Below are positions 25,601-36,400 of a stretch of 64,000 bases of DNA, piece after piece. The stretch comes from Eledone cirrhosa. Its lineage: Eukaryota. The notes under the pieces were generated by a model, which was given only the letters and a program-made list of their open reading frames with translations, had not been told where the DNA came from and ran no database searches. The first letter of the stretch is position 1, and every line of letters begins with the position of its first letter. The translations under genes and the position numbers were made by a program. Where the stretch lies: assembly GCA_964016885.1 (NCBI GenBank), contig OZ024743.1:135594001-135658000 (forward strand), read 5' to 3'.

Positions 25601-28600
25601 GTGTTTGGTGTTTAGTTCTTGGTGCTTGGTGCTTGGTGTTTGGTGCTTGGTGCTTGGTGCATTGTGATTAGTGTTTGGTGCTTGGTGCTTGGGGTTTGGT
25701 GTTTGGTGCTTGGTAATTGGTGTTTGGTGCTTGGTGTTTGCTGTTTGCTGTTTGGTGTTTTTGGTGTTTGCTCTTTGCTGTTTGGTGTCTGCTTTTTGGT
25801 GTTTGGTGTTTGCTGTTTGGTGTTTGGTGTTTGGTGTTTGGTCTTTGGTGCTTGGTCTTTGGTGCTTGGTGTTTGGTGCTTGGTGCTTGGTGTTTGGTGT
25901 TTGGTGCTTGGTGCCTGGTGCTTGTTGTTTGGTTCTTGGTTCTTGGTGTTTGGTACTTGGTGCTTGCTGCTTGGTGCTTGGTGTTTGGTGCTTGGTGTTT
26001 GGTGCTTGGTGCTTGGTGTTTGGTGCTTGGTGTTTGGTGTTTGGTGCTTGGTGTTTGGTGTTTGGTGTTTGGTGATTGCTGTTTGCTGTTTGGTGTTTGC
26101 TGTTTGGTGTTTGGTCTTTGGTGCTTGGTGTTTGGTGCTTGGTGCTTGGTGTTTGGTGTTTGGTGCTTGGTGCTTGGTGTTTGGTGTTTGGTGCTTGGTG
26201 CTTGGTGCTTGGTGTTTGGTGTTTGGTGCTTGGTGTCTGGTGCTTGGTGTTTGGTACTTGGTGTTTGGTGTCTGGTGTTTGGTGCTTGGTGCTTGGTGTT
26301 TGGTGTTTGGTGCTTGGTGTTTGGTGTTTGGTGTTTGGTGCTTGTTGCTTGGTGCTTGGTGTTTGGTGCTTGGTGCTTGGTGTTTGGTGTTATATGCTTG
26401 GTGTTTGATGCTTGGTGCTTGGTATTTGGTGTTTGATGCTTGGTGCTTGATGCTTGGTGCTTGGTGCTTGGTGTTTGGTGCTTGGTGCTTGGTGTTTGTA
26501 CTTGTTGCTTGGTGCTTGATGCTTGGTGATTGGTGTTTGGTGCTTGGTTCTTGGTGTTTGGTGCTTGGTGTTTGGTGCTTGGTGCTTGGTGTTTGGTGCT
26601 TGGTGCTTGGTGTTTGGTGTTTGGTGCTTGGTGCTTGGTTCTTGGTGTTTGGTGCTTGGTGCTTGGTGCTTGGTGTTTGGTGCTTGGTGCTTGGTGTTTG
26701 GTGCTTGGTGTTTGGTGCTTAGTGTTTGGTGCTTGGTGCTTGGTGCTTGGTGCATGGTGCTTGGTGTTTGGTGCTTGGTGTTTGGTGCTTGGTGTTAGGT
26801 GTTTGGTGCTTAGTGCTTGGTGTTTGGTGTTTGGTGCTTGGTGTTTGGTGCTTGGTGCTTGGTGTTTGGCGCTTGGTGCATGGTGTTTGGTGCCTGGTGC
26901 TTGGTGCTTGGTGTTTGGTGTTTGGTGCTTGGTGCTTGGTGGTTGGAGTTTGGTGTTTGGTGCTTGTTGCTTGGTGTTTTGTGTTTGGTTTTTGGTGCTT
27001 GGTGCTTGGTGCTTGGTCCTTGGTGTTTGGTGCTGGGTGCTTTGTGTTTGGTGCTTGGTGCTTTGTGCTTGGTGTTTGGTGTTTGCTGCTTGGTGTTTGG
27101 TGCTTGGTGCTTGATGCTTGGTGTTTTGTGTTTGGTGCTTGGTGCTTGGTGTTTGGTGCTTGGTGCTTGGTGCTAGGTGTTTGTACTTGGTGCTTGGTGT
27201 TTGGTTCTTGGTTCTTGGTGTTTGGTACTTGGTGCTTGGTGCTTGGTGCTTGGTGTTTGTTGCTTGGAGTTTGGTGCTTGGTGTTTGGTGTTTGGTGCTT
27301 GGTGCTTGGTGTTTGGTGTTTGCTGTTTGATGTTTGCTGTTTGCTGTTTGGTGTTTGGTGTTTGCTGTTTGCTGTTTGGTGTCTGCTTTTTGGTGTTTGG
27401 TGTTTGCTGTATGGTGTTTGCTGTTTGGTGTCTGGTGTTTGCTGTTTGGTGTTTGGTCTTTGGTGCTTGGTGTTTGGTGCTTGGTGCTTGGTGTTTGGTG
27501 TTTGGTGCTTGGTGCTTGGTGTTTGGTGTTTGGTGCTTGGTGCTTGGTGTTTGGTGTTTGGTGCTTGGTGTCAGGTGCTTGTTGTTTGGTGTTTGCTGTA
27601 TGTTGTTTGCTGTTTGGTGTTTGGTGTTTGGTATTTGGTGTTTGGTGCTTGGTGCTTGGTGTTTGGTGCTTGGTGCTTGGTGTTTGGTGCCTGGTGCTTG
27701 GTGCTTGTTGTTTGGTGTTTGGTGCTTGGTGCTTGGTGCTTGGAGTTTGGTGTTTGGTGCTTGTTGCTTGGTGTTTTGTGTTTGGTGTTTGGTTTTTGGT
27801 GCTTGGTGCTTGGTGCTTGGTCCTTGGTGTTTGGTGCTGCGTGCTTTGTGTTTGGTGCTTGGTGCTTTGTGCTTGGTGTTTGGTGTTTGCTGCTTGGTGT
27901 TTGGTGCTTGGTGCTTCGTGCTTGGTGTTTTGTGTTTGGTGCTTGGTGCTTGGTGTTTGGTGCTTGGTGCTTGGTGCTTGGTGTTTGTACTTGGTGCTTG
28001 GTGCTTGGTGTTTGGTTCTTGGTTCTTGGTGTTTGGTACTTGGTGCTTGGTGCTTGGTGCTTGGTGTTTGGTGCTTGGTGTTTGGTGCTTGGTGCTTGGT
28101 GTTTGGTGCTTGGTGTTTGGTGCTTGGTGCTTGGTATTTGGTGTTTGGTGTTTGGTGTTTGCTGTTTGCTGTTTGGTGTTTGGTGTTTGCTGTTTGCTGT
28201 TTGCTGTCTGCTTTTTGGTGTTTGGTGTTTGCTGTATGGTGTTTGCTGTTTGGTGTTTGGTGTTTGCTGTTTGGTGTTTGGTCTTTGGTGCTTGGTGTTT
28301 GGTGCTTGGTGCTTGGTGTTTGGTGTTTGGTGCTTGGTGCTTGGTGTTTGGTGTTTGGTGCTTGGTGCTTGGTGTCTGGTGCTTGGTGCTTGGTGCTTGG
28401 TGTTTGGTGTTTGGTGTTTGGTGCTTGGTGCTTGGTGCTTGGTGTTTGGTGCTTGGTGTTTGGCGTTTGGTGCTTGTTGCTTGGTGCTTGGTGTTTGGTG
28501 CTTGGTGCTTGGTGCTGGGTGCTGGGTGCTTGGTCTTTGGTGCTTGGTGTTTGGTGTTTGGTGCTTGGTGCTTGGTGCTTGGTGTTTGGTGCTTGGTGAT

Positions 28601-31600
28601 TAGTGTTTGGTGCTTGGTGCTTGGGGTTTGGTGTTTGGTGCTTGGTGCTTGGTGTTTGGTGCTTGGTACTTGGTGTTTGGTGCTTGGTGTTTGGTGTTTG
28701 CTGTTTGGTGTTTGGTGTTTGGTGTTTGGTGTTTGCTGTTTGGTGTCTGCTTTTTGGTGTTTGGTGTTTGCTGTATGGTGTTTGCTGTTTCGTGTTTGGT
28801 GTTTGCTGTTTGCTGTTTGGTGTTTGGTGTTTGCTGTTTGGTGTTTGGTCTTTGGTGCTTGGTGATTGGTGCTTGGTGTTTGGTGTTTGGTGCTTGGTGT
28901 TTGGTTTTTGGTGCTTGGTGCTTGGTGCTTGGTGTTTGGTGTTTGGTGCTTGGTGCTTGGTGCTTGGTGTTTGGTGCTTGGTGCTTGGTGTTTGGTGCTG
29001 GGTGCTTGGTGTTTGGTGTTCGGTGTTATATGCTTGGTGTTTGATGCTTGGTGCTTGGTGTTTGATGCTTGGTGTTTGATGCTTGGTGTTTGATGCTTGG
29101 TGCTTGGTGCTTGGTGTTTGGTGCTTGGTGCTTGATGTTTGTACTTGGTGCTTGGTTCTTTGTGTTTGGTGCTTGGTGCTTGGTGCTTTGTGTTTGGTGC
29201 TTGGTGTTTGGTGCTTGGTGTTTGGTGATTGGTGCCTGGTGCTTGGTGCTTGGTGCTTGGTGTTTGGTGCTTGGTGTTTGGTGCTTGGTGTTAGGTGTTT
29301 GGTGCTTGGTGCTTGGTGTTTGGTGTTTGGTGCTTGGTGTTTGGTGCTTGGTGCTTGGTGTTTGGTGTTTGGTGCTTGGTGTTTGGTGCTTGGTACTTGG
29401 TGCTTGGTGTTAGGTGTTTGGTGCTTGGTGCTTGGTGTTTGGTTTTTGGTGCTTGGTGCTTGGTGTTTGGTGTTTGGTGCTTGCTGCTGGCTGCTTGGTG
29501 CTTGGTGATTGGTGCTTGGTGTTTGGTGCTTGGTGTTTGGTGTTTGGTATTTGGTGCTTGGTGCTTGGTGTTTGGTGCTTGGTGCTGGGTGGTTGGTGTT
29601 TGGTGCTTGGTGTTTGGTGCTGGGTGCTTGGTGTTTGGTGCTTGGTGCTTGGTCTTTGGTGCTTGGTGTTTGGTGTTTGGTGCTTGCTGCTTGGTGTTTG
29701 GTTCTTGGTGCTTGGTGTTTGGTGCTTGGTGCTTAGTGTTTGGTGCTAGGTGCTTGGGGTTTGGTGTTTGGTGCTTGGTGTTTGGTGCTTGGTGCTTGGT
29801 ATTTGGTGTTTGCTGTTTACTGTTTGGTGTTTGGTGTTTGGTGTTTGTTGTTTGGTGTTTGTTGTTTGGTGTTTGTTGTTTGGTGTTTGCTGTTTGGTGT
29901 TTGGTGTTTGTTGTTTGGTGATTGCTGTTTGGTGTCTGCTTTTTGGTGTTTGGTGTTTGCTGTATGTTGTTTGCTGTTTGGTGTTTGGTGTTTGGTATTT
30001 GGTGTTTGGTGCTTGGTGCTTGGTGTTTGGTGCTTGGTGCTTGGTGTTTGGTGCCTGGTGCTTGGTGCTTGGTGTTTGGTGTTTGGTGCTTGGTGCTTGG
30101 TGCTTGGAGTTTGGTGTTTGGTGCTTGTTGCTTGGTGTTTTGTGATTGGTGTTTGGTTTTTGGTGCTTGGTGCTTGGTGCTTGGTCCTTGGTGTTTGGTG
30201 CTGGGTGCTTTGTGTTTGGTGCTTGGTGCTTCGTGCTTGGTGCTTGGTGTTTGCTGCTTGGTGTTTGGTGCTTGGTGCTTGGTGCTTGGTGTTTTGTGTT
30301 TGGTGCTTGGTGCTTGGTGTTTGTACTTGGTGCTTGGTGCTTGGTGTTTGGTTCTTGGTTCTTGGTGTTTGGTACTTGGTGCTTGCTGCTTGGTTCTTGG
30401 TGTTTGGTGCTTGGTGTTTGGTGCTTGGTGCTTGGTGTTTGGTGCTTGGTGTTTGGTGTTTGGTGCTTGGTGTTTGGTGTTTGGTGTTTGCTGTCTGCTG
30501 TTTGCTGTTTGGTGTCTGCTTTTTGGTGTTTGGTGTTTGCTGTATGGTGTTTGCTGTTTCGTGTTTGGTGTTTGCTGTTTGGTGTTTGGTCTTTGGTGCT
30601 TGGTGTTTGGTGCTTGGTGCTTGGTGTTTGGTGTTTGGTGCTTGGTGCTTGGTGTTTGGTGTTTGGAGCTTGGTGCTTGGTGCTTGGTGTTTGGTGTTTG
30701 GTGCTTGGTGTCTGGTGCTTGGTGTTTGGTGCTTGGTGTTTGGTGTCTGGTGTTTGGTGCTTGGTGCTTGGTGTTTGGTGTTTGGTGCTTGGTGTTTGGT
30801 GTTTGGTGTTTGGTGCTTGTTGCTTGGTGCTTGGTGTTTGGTGCTTGGTGCTTGGTGTTTGGTGTTATATGCTTGGTGTTTGATGCTTGGTGCTTGGTGT
30901 TTGGTGTTTGATGCTTGGTGCTTGATGCTTGGTGCTTGGTGCTTGGTGTTTGGTGCTTGGTGCTTGGTGTTTGTACTTGTTGCTTGGTGCTTGATGCTTG
31001 GTGATTGGTGTTTGGTGCTTGGTTCTTGGTGTTTGGTGCTTGGTGTTTGGTGCTTGGTGCTTGGTGTTTGGTGCTTGGTGCTTGGTGTTTGGTGTTTGGT
31101 GCTTGGTGCTTGGTTCTTGGTGTTTGGTGCTTGGTGCTTGATGCTTGGTGTTTGGTGCTTGGTGCTTGGTGTTTGGTGCTTGGTGTTGTGGTGCTTGGTG
31201 TTTGGTGCTTGGTGCTTGGTGCTTGGTGCATGGTGCTTGGTGTTTGGTGCTTGGTGTTTGGTGCTTGGTGTTAGGTGTTTGGTGCTTAGTGCTTGGTGTT
31301 TGGTGTTTGGTGCTTGGTGTTTGGTGCTTGGTGCTTGGTGTTTGGTGTTTGGTGCTTGGTGTTTGGTGCTTGCTACGTGGTGCTTGGTGCTTGGTGTTAG
31401 GTGTTTGGTGCTTGGTGTGTGGTGTTTGGTTTTTGGTGCTTGGTGCTTGGTGTTTGGTGTTTGGTGCTTGCTGCTGGCTGCTTGGTGTTTGGTGCTTGGT
31501 GATTGGTGCTTGGTGTTTGGTGCTTGGTGTTTGGTGTTTGGTGCTAGGTGCTTGGTGCTTGGTGTTTGGTGCTTGGTGCTTGGTGTTTGGTGTTTGGTGC

Positions 31601-32209
31601 TTTGTGCTTGGTGTTTGGTGCTTGGTGCTGGGTGGTTGGTGTTTGGTGCTTGGTGTTTGGTGCTGGGTGCTTGGTGTTTGGTGCTTGGTGCTTGGTCTTT
31701 GGTGCTTGGTGTTTGGTGTTTGGTGCTTGGTGCTTGGTGCTTGGTGTTTGATGCTTGGTGCTTGGTGTTTGGTGCTTGGTGCTTAGTGTTTGGTGCTAGG
31801 TGCTTGGGGTTTGGTGTTTGGTGCTTGGTGCTTGGTGCTTGGTGTTTGGTGCTTGGTGCTTGGTGCTTGGTCTTTGGTGTTTGGTGTTTAGTTCTTGGTG
31901 CTTGGTGCTTGGTGTTTGGTGCTTGGTGCTTGGTGCATTGTGATTAGTGTTTGGTGCTTGGTGCTTGGGGTTTGGTGTTTGGTGCTTGGTAATTGGTGTT
32001 TGGTGCTTGGTGTTTGCTGTTTGCTGTTTGGTGTTTTTGGTGTTTGCTCTTTGCTGTTTGGTGTCTGCTTTTTGGTGTTTGGTGTTTGCTGTTTGGTGTT
32101 TGGTGTTTGGTGTTTGGTCTTTGGTGCTTGGTCTTTGGTGCTTGGTGTTTGGTGCTTGGTGCTTGGTGTTTGGTGTTTGGTGCTTGGTGCCTGGTGCTTG
32201 TTGTTTGGT
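19651..32209 (+). repeat. Near-perfect 6276-bp tandem duplication (about 19651-25933 and 25927-32209)
   Basis: ORF pairs 20114/26390, 20450/26726, 20901/27177, 23464/29740 and 25619/31895 are all offset 6276. Rare markers TGTTGTGG, GGTAATTGG and TTTAGTTC are each duplicated. Confidence 0.95.
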
Positions 32210-33489
32210 GATTGGTGCTTGGTGTTTGCTGTTTGGTGTTTGGTGTTTGGTGTTTGCTGTTTGGTGTTTGGTGCTTGGTGCTTGGTGCTTGGTGTTTGGT
32301 GCTTGGTGCTTGGTGTTTGGTGCTTGGTGCTTGGTGTTTGGTGCTTGGTGCCTGGTGCTTGTTGTTTGGTGATTGGTGCTTGGTGTTTGCTGTTTGGTGT
32401 TTGGTGTTTGCTGTTTGCTGTTTGGTGTTTGGTGCTGGGTGCTTGGTGTTTGGTGTTTGATGCTTGGTGTTTGATGCTTGGTGCTTGGTGCTTGGTGTTT
32501 GGTGTTTGGTGTTTGCTGTTTGGTGTTTGGTGCTTGGTGCTTGGTGCTTGGTGTTTGGTGCTTGGTGCTTGGTGTTTGGTGCTTGGTGCTTGATGGTTGG
32601 TGTTTGTACTTGGTGCTTGGTGCTTGGTGTTTTGTGCTTGATTCTTGGTGTTTGGTGCTTGGTGTTTGCTGCTTAGTGCTTGGTGTTTGGTGTTTTGTGC
32701 TTGGTGTTTGGTGCTTGGTGCTTGGTGCTTGGTGTTTGGTGTTTGGTGCTTTATGCTTGGTGCTTGGTGTTTGGTGCTTGGTGCTTGGTGTTTGGTGCTT
32801 GGTGCCTGGTGTTTGGTGCTTGATGCTTGGTGTTTGGTGTTTGGTGTTTGGCGTTTGCTGTTTGCTGTTTGGTGTTTGGTGTTTGCTGTTTGCTGTTTGG
32901 TGTTTGGTGCTGGGTGCTTGGTGTTTGGTGTTTGATGCTTGGTGTTTGATGCTTGGTGCTTGGTGCTTGGTGTTTGGTGTTTGGTGTTTGCTGTTTGGTG
33001 TTTGGTGCTTGGTGCTTGGTGCTTGGTGTTTGGTGCTTGGTGCTTGGTGTTTGGTGCTTGGTGTTTGTACTTGGTTCTTGGTGCTTGGTGTTTTGTGCTT
33101 GATTCTTGGTGTTTGGTGCTTGGTGTTTGCTGCTTAGTGCTTGGTGTTTGGTGTTTGGTGCTTGGTGTTTGGTGCTTGGTGCTTGGTGCTTGGTGTTAGG
33201 TGTTTGGTGCTTGTGTTTGGTGTTTGGTGCTTCATGCTTGGTGCTTGGTGTTTGGTGCTTGGTGCTTGGTGTTTGGTGCTTGGTGCCTGGTGTTTGGTGC
33301 TTGATGCTTGGTGTTTGGTGTTTGGTGCTTGGTGTTTGGTGCTTGGTGCTTGGTGCTTGGTGTTAGGTGTTAGGTGTTTGATGCTTGGTGTTTGCTGTTT
33401 GGTGTTTGTTGTTTGCTGTTTGGTGTTTGGTCTTTGGTGCTTGGTCTTTGGTGCTTGGTGTTTGGTGCTTGGTGCTTGGTGTTTGGTGT

Positions 33490-36400
33490 TTGGTGCTTGG
33501 TGCCTGGTGCTTGTTGTTTGGTGATTGGTGCTTGGTGTTTGCTGTTTGGTGTTTGGTGTTTGGTGTTTGCTGTTTTGTGTTTGGTGCTTGGTGCTTGGTG
33601 CTTGGTGTTTGGTGCTTGGTGCTTGGTGTTTGGTGCTTGGTGCTTGATGCTTGGTGTTTGTACTTGGTGCTTGGTGCTTGGTGTTTTGTGCTTGATTCTT
33701 GGTGTTTGGTGCTTGGTGTTTGGTGCTTAGTGCTTGGTGTTTGGTGTTTGGTGCTTGGTGTTTGGTGCTTGGTGCTTGGTGCTTGGTGTTAGGTGTTTGG
33801 TGCTTGGTGTTTGGTGTTTGGTGCTTCATGCTTGGTGCTTGGTGTTTGGTGCTTGGTGCTTGGTGTTTGGTGCTTGGTGTCTGGTGCATGGTGTTTGGTG
33901 CTTGATGCTTGGTGTTTGGTGTTTGGTGCTTGGTGTTTGGTGCTTGGTGCTTGGTGCTTGGTGTTAGGTGTTAGGTGTTTGGTGATTGGTGCTTGGTGTT
34001 TGGTGCTTGGTGCTTGATGTTTGGTGCTTGGTGCTTGGTGTTTGGTGCTTGGTGTTTGGTGCTTGGTACTTGGGGCTTGGTGTTTGGTGCTTGGTGCTTG
34101 GTGTTTGGTGCTTGGTGTTTGGTGTTTGGTGCTTGGTGTTTGGTGCTTGGTGCTTGGTGCTGGGTGGTTGGTGTTTGGTGCTTGGTGCTTGGTGTTTGGT
34201 GCTTGGCGCTTGGTGCTTGGTCTTTGGTGCTTGGTGATTAGTGTTTGGTGCTTGGTGCTTGGGGTTTGGTGTTTGGTGCTTGGTGCTTGGTGTTTGGTGC
34301 TTGGTGCTTGGTGTTTGGTGCTTGGTGTTTGGTTTTTGCTGTTTGCTGTTTGCTGTTTGGAGTCTGCTTTTTGGTGTGTGGTGTTTGCTGTATCGTGTTT
34401 GCTGTTTCGTGTTTATTGTTTGCTGTTTGGTGTTTGGTGTTTGGTGTTTGGTGTTTCCTGTTTGGTGTTTAGTGTTTGGTGCTTGGTGTTTGGTGCTTGG
34501 TGCTTGGTGTTTGGTGTTTGGTGCTTGGTGCTTGGTGTTTGGTGCTTGGTGCTTGTTGTTTGGTGATTGGTGCTTGGTGCTTGGTGTTTGGTGTTTGGTG
34601 CTTGGGGCTTGGTGTCTGGTGCTGCGTGCTTGGTGCTTGGTGCTTGGTGCTTGGTGCTTGGTGTTTGGTGTTTGATGATTGGTGTTTGGTGTTTGGTGTT
34701 TGGTGCTTGGTGCTTGGTGTTTGGTGTTTGATGCTTGCTGCTTGATGCTTGGTGCTTGGTGCTTGGTGTTTGGTGCTTGGTGCTTGGTACTTGGTGTTTG
34801 GTTCTTGGTGTTTGCTGTTTGCTGTTTGGTGTTTGGTGTTTGCTGTTTGCTGTTTGGTGTCTGCTTTTTGGTGTTTGTTGTTTGCTCTATGGTGTTTGCT
34901 GTTTCATGTTTGGTGTTTGCTGTTTGGTGTTTGTTGTTTGTTGTTTGGTGCTTGGTGTTTGGTGCTTGGTGCTTGGTGTTTGGTGCTAGGTGCTTGGTGC
35001 TTGGTGCTTGGTGTTTGGTGTTTGGTGCTTGGTACTTGGGGCTTGGTGTTTGGCGCTTGGTGCTTCGTGCTTGGTGTTTGGTGCTTGGTGCTTGGTGTTT
35101 GGTGTTTGGTGCTTGGTGCCTGGTGCTTGTTGTTTGGTGATTGGTGCTTGGTGTTTGCTGTTTGGTGCTGCGTGCTTGGTGCTTGGTGCTTGGTGCTTGG
35201 TGCTTGGTGTTTTGTGTTTGGTGTTTGATGCTTGGTGTTTGGTGTTTGGTGCTTGGTGCTTGGTGTTTGGTGTTTGATGCTTGGTGCTTGATGCTTGGTG
35301 CTTGGTGCTTGGTGTTTGGTGCTTGGTGCTTGGTGTTTGTACTTGGTGTTTGGTGCTTGGTGTTTGGTGCTTGGTGCTTGGTATTTGGTGCTTGGTGCTT
35401 GGTGTTTGGTGTTTGGTGCTTGGTGTTTGGTGCTTGGTGCTTGGTGCTTGGTGTTAGGTGTTTGGTGCTTCATGCCTGGTGCTTGGTGTTTGGTGCTTGG
35501 TGCTTGGTGTTTGGTGCTTGGTGCCTGGTGCATGGTGTTTGTTGCTTGGTGCTTGGTGTTTGGTGTTTGGTGCTTGGTGTTTGGTGCTTGGTGCTTGGTG
35601 TTAGGTGTTAGGTGTTTGGTGCTTGGTGCTTGGTGCTTGGTGTTTGGTGTTTGGTGTTTGGTGCTTGCTGCTTGCTGCTTGGTGTTTGGTGCTTGGTGAT
35701 TGGTGCTTGGTGTTTGGTGCTTGGTGCTTGGTGTTTGGTGCTAGGTGCTTGGTGCTTGGTGCTTGGTGTTTGGTGTTTGGTGCTTGGTACTTGGGGCTTG
35801 GTGTTTGGTGCTTGGTGCTTCGTGTTTGGTGTTTGGTGATTGGTGCTTGGTGTTTGGTGCTTGGTGTTTGGTGCTTGGTGCTTGGTGCTGTGTGGTTGGC
35901 GTTCGGTGCTTGGTGCTTGGTGTTTGGTGCTTGGTGCTTGGTGCTTGGTGTTTGGTGATTGGTGTTTGGTGTTTGGTGCTTGGTGCTTGGTGTTTGGTGC
36001 TTGGTGCTTGGTGATTAGTGTTTGGTGCTTGGTGCTTGGGGTTTGGTGTTTGGTGTTTGGTGTTTGGTGCTTGGTGCCTGGTGCTTGTTGTTTGGTGATT
36101 GGTGCTTGGTGTTTGCTGTTTGGTGTTTGGTGTTTGGTGTTTGCTGTTTTGTGTTTGGTGCTTGGTGCTTGGTGCTTGGTGTTTGGTGCTTGGTGCTTGG
36201 TGTTTGGTGCTTGGTGCTTGATGCTTGGTGTTTGTACTTGGTGCTTGGTGCTTGTTGTTTTGTGCTTGATTCTTGGTGTTTGGTGCTTGGTGTTTGGTGC
36301 TTAGTGCTTGGTGTTTGGTGTTTGGTGCTTGGTGTTTGGTGCTTGGTGCTTGGTGCTTGGTGTTAGGTGTTTGGTGCTTGGTGTTTGGTGTTTGGTGCTT

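Noticed and set aside
33360-33376. TTAGG motifs (TTAGGTGTTAGG) resembling arthropod or vertebrate telomere repeats
   Set aside because: They are single T-to-A substitutions in the heptamer (TAGGTGT), at most two adjacent and spaced 7 bp apart, not (TTAGG)n or (TTAGGG)n.
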